From the NCBI GenBank assembly GCA_041651115.1, contig JBAZJY010000005.1, forward strand, positions 6,405-70,404: a stretch of DNA of 64,000 nt, written 5' to 3'. This DNA is from Candidatus Omnitrophota bacterium (GTDB taxonomy: Bacteria; Omnitrophota; Gorgyraeia; Gygaellales; Profunditerraquicolaceae). The translations under genes and the position numbers were made by a program. The first letter of the stretch is position 1; each line of letters starts with the position of its first letter. The notes under the pieces are model-generated. The model was not told where the DNA came from. It searched no databases and saw only the letters and a list, made by a program, of their open reading frames with translations. This document shows, in pieces, positions 50,501-62,500 of this stretch.

Positions 50501-53500
50501 ATAGCTGAAGCTGCTGTAGGCAAGGAGAATATGGCGATCATTGAAAAGGCCCAGGCGGTTGCCGCGGCAGTGCATGCTTCCAAAAAAGATAAAGCAGCTG
50601 TTCAGGAAAGCCTTGAACTGGCTGCTATATTGATTGAGATTTCAGGCAGTATTTTTGCCGCGGATGGAGATAAAAAGGCCTATGCTCAGCTTATTGCCGC
50701 ATCTCTGATGTTCGGCCTTCCTTCCCAGAGTATAGAGGCGTCATTCGGCAAACAGGGCAAGGATATCGCCAAATTAGTAAATAAAATAAAGTTTGCCGTC
50801 TCTACCACCGCCTACGAACATAACAGTAAAGATAATTACCATCTGAATAAGTTTAAAAATATGATCAAGGATATCCTTGATACCACCGAAGAAGTAATGC
50901 TTTACTTTGCAGTCAGGATGCTTGAGCTGAAAATTTCAGAAGATATCACCAGCCTCAAGAATGAGGAATTCATTTATGTGGTTGCCGCCATTGCCTACGA
51001 TTACCATCTCAAGGAATTGGGAAATGAAATCCGCAAGCAGTCGCTGATGAAATTCAGCCCGCAATCATGCACGGATATTTCCACGAAGATAGAAGAAGCA
51101 ACCGGGATGGATGAAGAGACCTCAAAGGTTTACATCGGTTATCTTATTGAGCAGCTCAAAAAGGAACTGGCAGCGCAGGGAGTAAACGTTGCCAAATTTG
51201 AGTTCTCCGGCAGGCGTAAGGATTTTGTGAGCACCCTTGAGAAGATAAATGATCGGGATTATGAGTTTGAAGCAATATCTGACCTTTTCGCCCTCAGAAT
51301 AGTTACGAGGGATGAAGACAGGTGTTGGGAGGCCTTCAGCAAATTAAGGGCTGCCCTGCAGGAAGAAGATTCGCTATTAGGGCAGGAAAATTCCGAGGAT
51401 TTTGATGATTATATCTCCAAGCCCAGAGGCGGCTATCAGGCCTTGCACGGCTCAATATGGCACCCTATCAATAAAACCCTTATCCCCGATACGTTAAAAG
51501 ATGCGATTTACGGAGAAGGCAATATTGTCGGAGTAGAAGTGCAGATCCGTACTGAAAAAATGGATAAAATTGCTAAAACCGTCCTTGCCGACCATGAACG
51601 CAAGGCAGAAAATAGCGGGCATAAGCATTATGATTATGCCTTTATGCGCGAGGCAGGAGAGAGTTTAGCCCAGAACATCGCTGCGGTCAAGGAGCAGATC
51701 TGGTTTGGCGACGAAGAGCATAAGTGGGGCAAATCGGTATTCGTGAATGTTTCCCGTAAGGGTAAAGAGGAGAGGATTTTTGTCATACCGGTGAGCGAAA
51801 ACGGGCCTACAGTTGTGGACGCGCTTAGCCACCGCCGTTCAGCGTTTGAGGCTATTCCGAATAACCTGCGTTTGAGCCTGGTATTACGCGACCGCGATAC
51901 GGAAACCGAAAAAACAGTAAAGATTATTGTAGACTCAAGCGGAAAAAACCTTGGCATTTCCTATTTGGGATATGTCTTGCGCAGCGGAGACCGCGTTAAT
52001 ATAGAATTTAGCGAACCTTATAAGAAGGGCCAGGGAGTTTCCAATCTACCTGCCAAATTCCTGCAGTATGCGACTACCTACCGGGCAAAGGTGCTTGCGG
52101 TTGCGGTAGATGAAAATAAGAGAAAAGACCTGATCAATAGCGGCCGGCAGATCCTGAATTCAAAGAAAAACGGGATATTCCTGTCTGATCCGAATATACG
52201 CAGCTACCTGGAGTTAATTACCCGCAATCTCTATCCCTTAAGAGCAGAGTCATGGTCTGATGAATTAAGCATTGCCATTGCCGCCGGTATTATTGATGTG
52301 GCAGAGGTAAAATCCATTATTGACCAGATGCAGGCAAAGATCAACGTTGTTTTTGACAGCGCGCGCAAAACTTCCAGCTCGCCGGTTTCCACTATTATTG
52401 ATATAGCTGTGGAATTATTAAGATTTGGTTCCGTGGATTTAATGGTGGGCCAGAGAAAATTATCAGTTAATCTGGCTTCAGAATCAAGTTTGGGCAACAT
52501 AGAGAAAATACTCTTGCAGTTGTATTCAGGCGCCGGACGCATCGGCTTCAGATATTTTACCGTTAACCCGAATACCAGAGAAGCCATTGCAGATGATACG
52601 CTGTATTGCGGAGAAGAAAAGGTCGGCATACAAATAATTCATAATGAACAGCATAGCGGATTGGCCTTATTCCTTACCAATCTTTCAAGGGCCATTGCTG
52701 CTTTAAAGAATTCCACAGTTTTTATCGTTAAGCGCGTTGACTACGAATACCACATCCATAACGCTTTTCAGTCAGTTAATACAAGAGAGGCCGGGCCGTT
52801 AGAGATGGTCCTTAGGAAAGCCGGCTTCGTTGCCTTAGAAGAAAAGGCAGAGACAGTATCCATACCGCGCCATCATTCTAGGGATACAAAGGCATTATCG
52901 CTTTCGATGGTGTGTAACCTTAAACAGCCCATTGTTGGCTCAACGATCAAGGTAGCTGAAACCTGGGGCGAAGGCAATATAGTCGCGAGGGAGTATTTGC
53001 CGGAAATTATCGGCCGTAACACCAGCTCGCCGCTTGAGGCAGTCAAATTCGGCGCGGTGGTGGCTGGTGGATTGATCGTATCTAGTCCGATAGAGATAAT
53101 TTTAATAAGCAAAGATGGTAAGCGAGAGGCGTTGGAGGTTAATTTCCCGGCCATCCCTTCTGATATGCCAACCCAAAAGCAGCTTATTAAGCGGGCATTA
53201 TTAGAAAACCATGGAACAATGCCGCGTTATTCCCGCCACTCATATATTCAGCCTGAGCCTATAAGGCGCCCTTTTGGGACCTACCGGAAAGTTTGTGGAA
53301 ATAGCAAGATAAATTCAGATGGTTCAATACTGGACGATATTCTTAGCGATAAGATGAAATCATTTTTCTCTTGGCTGGCGGGTATGGATACGCTTACCGC
53401 AGCCGCAATGTTGGTCCTTGTGCCTGCCATAAAGCTTGTGGATGGACTTTGCAGCCTGGGAGAAAAGATATTCTTTGCCATAGCCAATGCGCTTTACAAG

Positions 53501-56500
53501 CCTAGTGCCATGAAATACAGGGTTCAGCGCTTCTTTTCGGGATTGTCACACTTAGACGAACTGACCGCAGCCGCAATGCTGGTTCTTGTGCCTGCCATAA
53601 AGCTTGTGGATGGACTTTGCAGCCTGGGAGAAAAGATATTCTTTGCCATAGCCAACGCCTTTTACAAACCCAGCGCCCTGAAATACAAAATCCAGAATTT
53701 CTTCTCTAGCTTTAGCGGTATGGATGAGCTTACCGCAGCCGCAATGTTGGTCCTTGTGCCGTTTATATCATTATTAGATAAAATCGCAAATGCGGGCGAA
53801 AGGATATTAGATGTAATTGATATCCGCGGTAAAGTTAATGCATTTAAACTTAACACAGAACGTTTTCTTTTAGGCTTAGCAAATACAGATGTATTAACTG
53901 CGGTTGGAATGATTATCTTAGCGGTTCCTATGTATTTGATGAATAAACTATGGCTAAAGAGAGTTAGGTTGGCTGTTTTTGGTCTGACTTTTATGACTCT
54001 TGCTTCTTCATTCACGATCCCTTCAGAGGCAGCAATACTTGATAATAAAGTTGCGAAATTGAATACAATAAAGGCAAAAGCTTTTGAAGACGGTAAACTT
54101 GATTATAAAGAAGTTATTAAAATAGATGAAGCTTACGAAAATGTATTAGAAAAAGAAATAGCCGCGTTAGGATGGGAAGCAGGAGCCAGCGCGCGTAAAG
54201 AAAAGATAAAAGAGATTACCGGACAAATTAAGAATGAAAAAGACGCAAATAAGCTTACGGAACTTAAGAAAGAATTGCTCCAGCTTTATAAATTGCAGCT
54301 AATATATTATCAGGATAAGGTGGAATTGGAATCACGGAAGATGGCCGAGCTTAGCGAAAAGAACAAAAAGAAGCATAGCGACCGGATTGAAGAGAAAATC
54401 AATGAGAAGATAGACAATATTGCTGATGCGACAAAAGAGCTTAAGGATACCTATAATGAACAGTGGCCGATGTTAAAAGAAGTCATCGCTGAAGTAGAGC
54501 CTAATGTTAAAACAGCCGAAGATATAGCATTTTTACAGGATTTATATAGGATGGCCGTAGATAACCGCAGCTTTGTCTTAAAAAGCCTGGATGAATCGAG
54601 CAAAGAACAAGCCATAGTAAAACAAGAATTAGATTATTATTCCAGCAAGATCCCGGAATATAAAGAGAGCAGAGAAATTGCGGATAGCCAGGAAAAGTCC
54701 GAAGCTACAAATACACCTAATATGGCCGATACCCAAATAGCGGGAACAGAGAATAAGGCTTATAAGCCGGAAGGTAAAATTGAAGAAATTAATAAGGTTA
54801 TTGAAGCAATAAATGATAAAACATTAGAAATCGTAGCGGATATGGCCAAGAAAGAAACGGCTTTTGAAGGGTTGGAATATTATTGGCAGATTATTAAGGC
54901 GGCTGAAGAAAATAATGAAAATGGCAGATTTGATACCCAGATAGCCGAAATCAGGAAACTGTATGATCTTGCCCGCATTTTAGAAGGATATAACCGTAAG
55001 GATGCTGATATAAGCTATTCTACCCGTATCAATCTTATTGATTTTATGTTCCTTAACCGCGCAGCCGGCACTGAAGACACCTATTTGGATATGTTAAAGG
55101 GTACAGATACACTCTTGGCAGATGATATTAATGAAGCGGTTTTGGCAGTAGAGCTTAATGCAGTGCCCTTACTTAAAGATATACGGCTGTATGAAAACGC
55201 AACTGTTACGATTAACAAACAGATAAAAACTTCCAATGATGCACTAGCTAAGGCAGATGCTGATGCGAAAGATATTTATCAGAGCCTTATTGAAGAAAAT
55301 ACCAAGCTCGTAAATATATTTACCGATTTGACTAAAGTTTTAAGAGAAAGATTAAATCTTAGCGACAAGTATAAAACGATTCAAACCGGCAGCAAGGGAG
55401 AAAGGATTGTTGTTATTGCATTGCCCCCGGAAGAAGAGGATAAGCTTAATGATGCGGAAAATAAGTTTAAGCAAGAAATCAATGCCATAAGCGCAAAAGG
55501 TAAAGTTTTAGGAGAAGCTGCCAAATTATATCAGGAGCGTAAAGGTGAGAGAGACACGGATAAGATCAAGCTGATAGATTTGAAGATCAGTTTAGTTAGA
55601 AAACAATTGGCAGGCGCAGTTTTACTTGATAAAAACATCCAGGCTGCTTTACAGGAAGTCAACAATACGCCCAACAGAGAAAGGCCGGCGTTAATTGAAA
55701 AGAAGATTTCAGGGCTTAAGGGGCTGGATTTGGGGTATAAGAATGATTTTAGCGAGATGCTGAATATCAGCCGCCAGATCAGTGAGCAGGAGAAGAAAAT
55801 AGCTGATAAGCAGGGCTTAGAGGAAAAATTAGCTCAAGCCGGCGCAAATAATAAGGAGTCCGAAATTAACGCGGAAGCTGCCGATGAATCGACCAAGAAA
55901 TCAGCCAAGGCAGTAGTAAAACTTTTCTTGGAAAAATTAGGCGTTCCGGAATTAAACGATACAATTGATGCTAATGCTTGGGATAATCTTAACACGCTTG
56001 AACAGTGGCTCGCGGAAAACGTCTTTATCGGCACATTAAAGGATGCGGATGCTAACGAGCTCTTGGGAATTGCCCTTTCGGCAATATACCGGACAACAAT
56101 ATCTCTTAAAGAGATCAGGGGCCAGCCAATGGGCGCTATAGAGATAAAGTATGAGTATCGTCGGGAAGAGATAGCCGGCAAAAGCAGCACCGATAACAAT
56201 ATGTCTATTTTCTACTTTGTCGGCGGCATACGCGTGAGCGAAAAATCACTTTCTTTTGTCGGTGGCGTGAATTTGGGCGGGGAGCTGGATAATATTGGCC
56301 GTTCCATTGCGGAAATGTTCAAAAAGACAATTACTCGCAAAGACCTGATTTCTTTACAGGAAGAGATCGGCAATAAGATCACCAGCAAGATTGAAGAAAT
56401 AGAAAAAGCAAGAATTGATATCATTGCTGCGGCGCGGAAGGTGCAGTTGATTGACGCAAGAGAAAAGAACGGAGAGATTCTTCCTTACAGCCGCCAGGAA

Positions 56501-59500
56501 GCAGAGTTGGATTTACTTGCGGCGCAGGAAAATTACTATAAGGTTACTGAAAATTATTTTGGCAAAGACAAAGGCCAGTATGTAGCTATTGACCGTGGTA
56601 ATTGGACCATAAAGATTAAAGATATTAACATAGAAATTGACGATGATAAGGCTGTGAAAAAAGCATTAACAGACTTAATGAGAGAAGATTTGAATAATGT
56701 GCAGAAAGGCCTTGAGGATTATCTTAATAATAATTTAGCGCGCTACCGCGTGCCTAAGGCTCATGTAGGTTTCATCAGCCGCACCCTTTCCCATATTTTT
56801 GTTAATCTCGGCGCTACCTTTACCGGCGTAAGGATCCAGCAGGGTTTGGTTGTAAGCTGGACCTTATGGGATGGGGGACGCAAGTTTGAAGAAGCCCTGA
56901 AGCTATTGGAAGACGGAGGAAAAGTATTACAGATTGAGCAGGAAATCGCGGAGTTAGATGCTTTGATTATTGAGTTCAACGGTTTTTATGAGGCCGCAGG
57001 TGACAATGATATAGAAAAGAAATACTACAGCCTTTACGCCGCTATTACGTTGGAGGCTCATCGGGATATGCTTCGTGATGAACTGAAGCAGGACACTAAG
57101 GGCATGCTTAAAGCTCCCAGAGCTAAAAATCACACCAAGACCGATAAAAATATCCCAGCCACCACTAATTTTAGCACTGTTTCGGAGCCGGCAGATGATG
57201 ATATTCTCGTTGACTACGCGGAAGGGGTTATTGATGGATTTGTCGCTAAGAAGACCTTGTCCGTAGATTGCACCATTGTCGCTAATGATGCTCCGGCAGG
57301 CAGGATCAGCGAAGCTAATAGCACTAACTGGAGGCTTTATGAAAGAGGGAATATCGCAGATGAAGCTGGAAAGACTGCGGAAGAGAAGATCAAAGAAGCC
57401 GGAAATGAACTTTGGAAGAATGCCACGCAGAGTAGCAGGGTGATATCGGATAAGCAGGAATTATTTATTCTTGCTGAAAGTTTCAGCCGCTATACGATGG
57501 TTAATTTTGACGTAATCAAGGCCTGGTTTGAGGCTAAGGCCGATCAGTTATCAGCAGAAGAAAGCTGGATAAAGGCCAAAATAGAAGCTTTAGCTGAAAT
57601 GAGGCTGGAGCAGTTAGACTCAAGAAGGCAGAAATTATTAAAAGAGAAATTTGATCTTGCGGCAGAAGGAAAAGATATTACAGCGGTTGAAACCAAACTA
57701 GGGCTAATAGAAACAGAAGCAATGGCCATAAACGCTGGTTGGAAAACTAATGCGGATCAGGAAAAGGCAATAAAAGACGCCCTGACGGAGCAATTCAAGC
57801 AGAAGTGGGATGCCTGGTTTAGCCCGGCAAGCAAGAATGGCAAATTAGATAAGTTCAGTGATGAGTTAAAAAGAATAATCCAGCCGGAGCTGGATAAGTA
57901 TAGTAATATTTTTGATTTATTATCTGAAATAGTAACAACCGGTAAGCTCGCCGGAAAAGACGTCCGTCCAGAACTCATAAAGGAAGTTTACCGGTTGTTA
58001 AGCGCAGTATTGGTAGATCTTTCCGGAACAATAAGGTTGGTAGGTGCGGTTGAGGTGGAGATTAATGGCGTAAAGACAACCATTGACAACAGCATATTAA
58101 GCCAGAAGCAAGCGGACCTGCAGAAATCCTATTCTACAAGAGAAACTGATAGAATTAATGCGCTAAAGAAATATAACGATGAGAAAGACAAGCTCATAAC
58201 CGACATCCTCGTAAATACCAAAGACAGCAAGTCCAAGAAAAATACAAACCAGAAGTCTGCGGATATCTTAATTTCTGAATGGAATGATTTATTTAAAAAG
58301 AATGCTCAATACTTTAACTCAACAGATGGCGATTACGAGCTTCAGTTGATCAGTACCTATGAAGATATTTTTAGCAAGCAATTAAACGCCTCAAACCTGA
58401 AGAATAAATCTCCTCCGTCCGTAGATGATTTCAACGCCGCCGTTAATACATTCTATTCCGCGTATGACAAATTAAACGATGATAATAAATCCAAGATCAA
58501 TAGTATTTTAAGAGTATTTACCCACCCCAAGAATAACGCTCAGCTCGATCTCTCTGACGGTTTAAATGACGATGATCGTTATATACTTGGCTATAGAAGC
58601 GGCCTCATTTATGGTGACAATGGTAAAATCATAAACGATTTTGATATCCTCATGCAGTCATTTATTGCCGTCTACGATCATCTTAATAAAGGTGCCTTTA
58701 ACCATCCTTACGAAAGAATAGATTATCTGGAAGAGTTCATAGCTTCCGCATATCCTGCCTACAGTAGAAAAGTAACAGTTTCCTTAGTAAATGTCCTCGG
58801 CGTGCTGCAATACAGCGAAGGCAAAGAAGTATCACCCGAATATAGAGAATTTCTCCAAAATTCCGTTAAAGCGCTGGTAGTTTTAAGCGGAGATATTTTT
58901 GAAATAGATCTCACTAAAGATACCAAATTTGACCGCCAGCTTAGCCGCAGGCTTGAAGACATCAAGAAACGTTTTCAAACTTCTATAGATGAAGCCGCAC
59001 TTCCTTACAGCCTGATCCAGATAGAAAAAGCCATAAAAGTGGCAGCTGCTGATCCCAGCCTTGACCAGAGTTTTGTCCAAGAATTGGAAAGCCTGCGCCA
59101 GCAATATGTCAGCCAGTATATGAATTATGCCCTTGCTGCGCAGCGTTCTTATCTGAAATTCTTAGCCAATAATCCCCGCGCAATTAATGTAAGCATAGCT
59201 TCAGATTACACTATGTGCGCCATACTCTTGGCTTATTCCGGATTATCCATGGCCCTGCCGCAAAAGGATAATAAGCAGGAAATAAATGCCTATCTTAACG
59301 TCGTAAAGCAGACCGTTGAGAAGCTGATGCCGCCGAAAGCCACTCCTACTTCAGATGACCATCTTTATTACGATCATGAGGGATTATATATCAGGACCAT
59401 CGTAATAAGGAATGGCCAGCCCTTAGAGAAATATTTGACTCCTGATGAATACCTTGAACTGTTAATGAGGAACATAATTTATCAGGATAACAACTTTATC

Positions 59501-62500
59501 CTCGGGACCAATCAGGAAGGTTTTGACACCATCAATCACGATACATTTGCCAGCACAAACAATAATTATTCCTATTACGGCCGTGCCTTTAATCAGTTCA
59601 GCCTTGGAGAATTAAATGACGGCCAGATCAACCTGAACGCGGTTTATAGTTTCTGGTTGAACGCGGAAGATTCTAATTGGAAAGGCTTAAAAGATGCGTC
59701 AGAGGAAGGGATATTAAGAAAGCCTAACCAGCAGAGGATGAGCATTGATCTTGGCCATAATGGCAATAACAACCAGAGCATGCGCATAGATTACATTATC
59801 AGCGAAAGTTCTAATAAGAGGGAGTTGGATTCCCTGAACGGAGAGATCGCTTCTCTAGAAAATGAATTAAGCGTATTGGAAAATAAAGACCCGGCCCAAT
59901 TGACCCAGGAAGAATTAACTCGCATTAATCAATTGAACAATCAAATTACAGAAAAGAACGCCAACAAAGAAGAATTAAAGGGCAAGGATATGTATGATGA
60001 GAAAATGGTCCTGACTTTTAATCAGAACGGAGAACATGTCTCCTTTACCGTGGGCGCGGAAATAAAAGAAAATCAGGGCTATGGCGTTGAGGGTGCTGAA
60101 GATAAAGATAAGAAATATGATGCGCGAGTGCTTGCCGGAGTAAACGCATCTTATAACACAGATAAGAATTCCGATTACCGGGGTAATCTTGGGATATACT
60201 TGACTGAAGGAATGGTTTCTGTGAACTGGAATCAGGATCTTGGCGGATTCCAGCTTAGGTTTAATGCCAATAAAGATTACAACAGCAATAGCCAGGATGA
60301 ATATTCTTCCGATTATAAGAGCAGCCGCATTGGCCTTGAAGTAACCCGTGAATCATCTGTAAATAAACAGTTCATGACCGGTATAGGGTTTATGTCTTCT
60401 GAATATTCCGGCGATAACCTGCAGAAAAAAGAGGATATTGTTTATGTAGTGATGAAAGGCCCCGGGCTGCTTGGAGCGGATAATCTTGACTTGAGGATAG
60501 GCTATGATATGGAGAATGACAGGCCGGTATTGGATTTCAACATACAGGGCACTGCCGGCAAGTGGAATCCGCATTTTGGCATCAGCTCTTTTAGCGAAGA
60601 ATATTTTGAATTAACCGCAGGGGTAAAATATACCAATGATAGAGGAAGCTATATTGAAACCACCGCGAATGCCTCTGAAGATTACTTTGGCTGGGGCGTC
60701 AGGATGGGCAATCGTTGGGGCAATATCTTAGCCGGAGCCAACACCCGTTTTGCTACGGTCCAGGCCAGGGTTAATCCTTTTGCCTCTATCTTTAAGAGCA
60801 AGGCTGTGAATGCGGGAGATAAGAAAGATAATTTTGCCGCTCAAGGCGACATCATCTATGAGGAAGATCTTGAACAGCTAGCCAAAAACCTGCAGCAGGC
60901 ATTTAATGAAGTTCCCGGATCAAAAAAGAAGGTTTTCTCTTTTGTTGACCAATTAAAAGGCTTAGTTAAAGGCAAAAAGACGGTTTACAAATCATGGATA
61001 GATTTAGCGGAGAACTTAGGCGAAAATGTAACAGATATGAAGGATAACGAACTGGATAAGTTTAACAAGTTCTATCTGGTTGAGAAGTTCTTTAATAAGG
61101 AAAATAGAAAACACCCGACATTATTTAAGGATTTTGACGAATTATTTGAATATATACAAATAGCAGCAGAGCTGGAAACTGCCGAAGGTAAGAGCCTTAA
61201 GGATTATCTTTATCTGAATAATCCTTCCCAGCAGATAGACATCGCTGAAAATGAACTGGTTTTCTGGGAGGCAGTAACAACGGCAGGAATGATTAAGAAA
61301 TATGTAGATGAAGGATCAACCCTGGATGAGGCCAAGAGAAAAGTAACAGAAACATTATCCCGCTCAATTGAAATTGAAGAAGAGGTGGGAGGGCTTTTCG
61401 CCGGAAGATTCTTGCCCGGAGACGAAGAAAACCTGGCAGTCTTAAGGTTCTTCCGTTCTCTGGATACGAAAGATATCAAAAATACTGAAGATTTTCTGGT
61501 CGCCTTAAAAAATTACCTGCCGGCAATAAGCAAGATCTATAAGCAGGAGAATAATAAGGGATTGGACCTCTCCAGCAAGGAAGGAATGCAATACGTGCTG
61601 GATTGGATGGCGGTATTGAGCAACAACAAGGAAGATGATCAGCAGATGCTCAATAATGTCCTCTGGCTCTTAGAAGGTGGCGTCAAAATCGCCGATGCCA
61701 AGGCGCAAGCAAAGGATATTCACGGCGCAATGATTACCGCCGGTAACTACAAATACTCCAAGGAAACCGTGGATAACCTGATAATTATTAACCGGTTAAC
61801 CGGAGATTGGCAGTTGGCCGCGGAGATGATTAATCTCTTCCGCTATAGCGTGGTTGAGGATGTGCTGAAAAATGCGCTGGCTGAAGTAAATAAATATGGG
61901 GTCAAGAAGGACGATAATATCAAGTTCTACGGCAATCTGGTTTATAGAGAATATGTCACCCTGCAGAACAATGGCAAGCCCAGCGGTAATATTCCTTATA
62001 TCTTAGATGTTAGAAATGTTGCTCTGCGGGCTGGAGTAGAATTGAATGATTCTGCCAGCCACTATGACAGCTTAGTTTACTGGGCAGGAATTTTAAGGAT
62101 CCTTGAAGGCAAGCAAGATAAGGCGCAGGCATTGGAACGCTTAGAAACAGTTTTTGTGATTAATAGAGGCAGCTTTTCTTCCCGCTTAACCCATAATTCT
62201 AATTTGATAAAGTTTATTTTAGGCGAGCAGGCAATAGACAATGTCTCTATCAAGAACAAGGAAGAGTTAGGCGGTTCAGTTAGCGAGGCAAAGAAGTTCA
62301 TTGGCTTAGTCCTGAAAGAATCCGGGGCAGCTTCTCAAGACAAAAAATTGAACAGCCTGCAATTTAAGAGCTCCAACTTGATCAGGGAACCGGCTAATGA
62401 CGGAAACACAACCATATATCTGCCCGCAGGGTTATTCTCTAATAACAATGAGTTGACCAAGGCGATTATCCATGAGACTGGCGCCTTATTAGGCTTTGAG

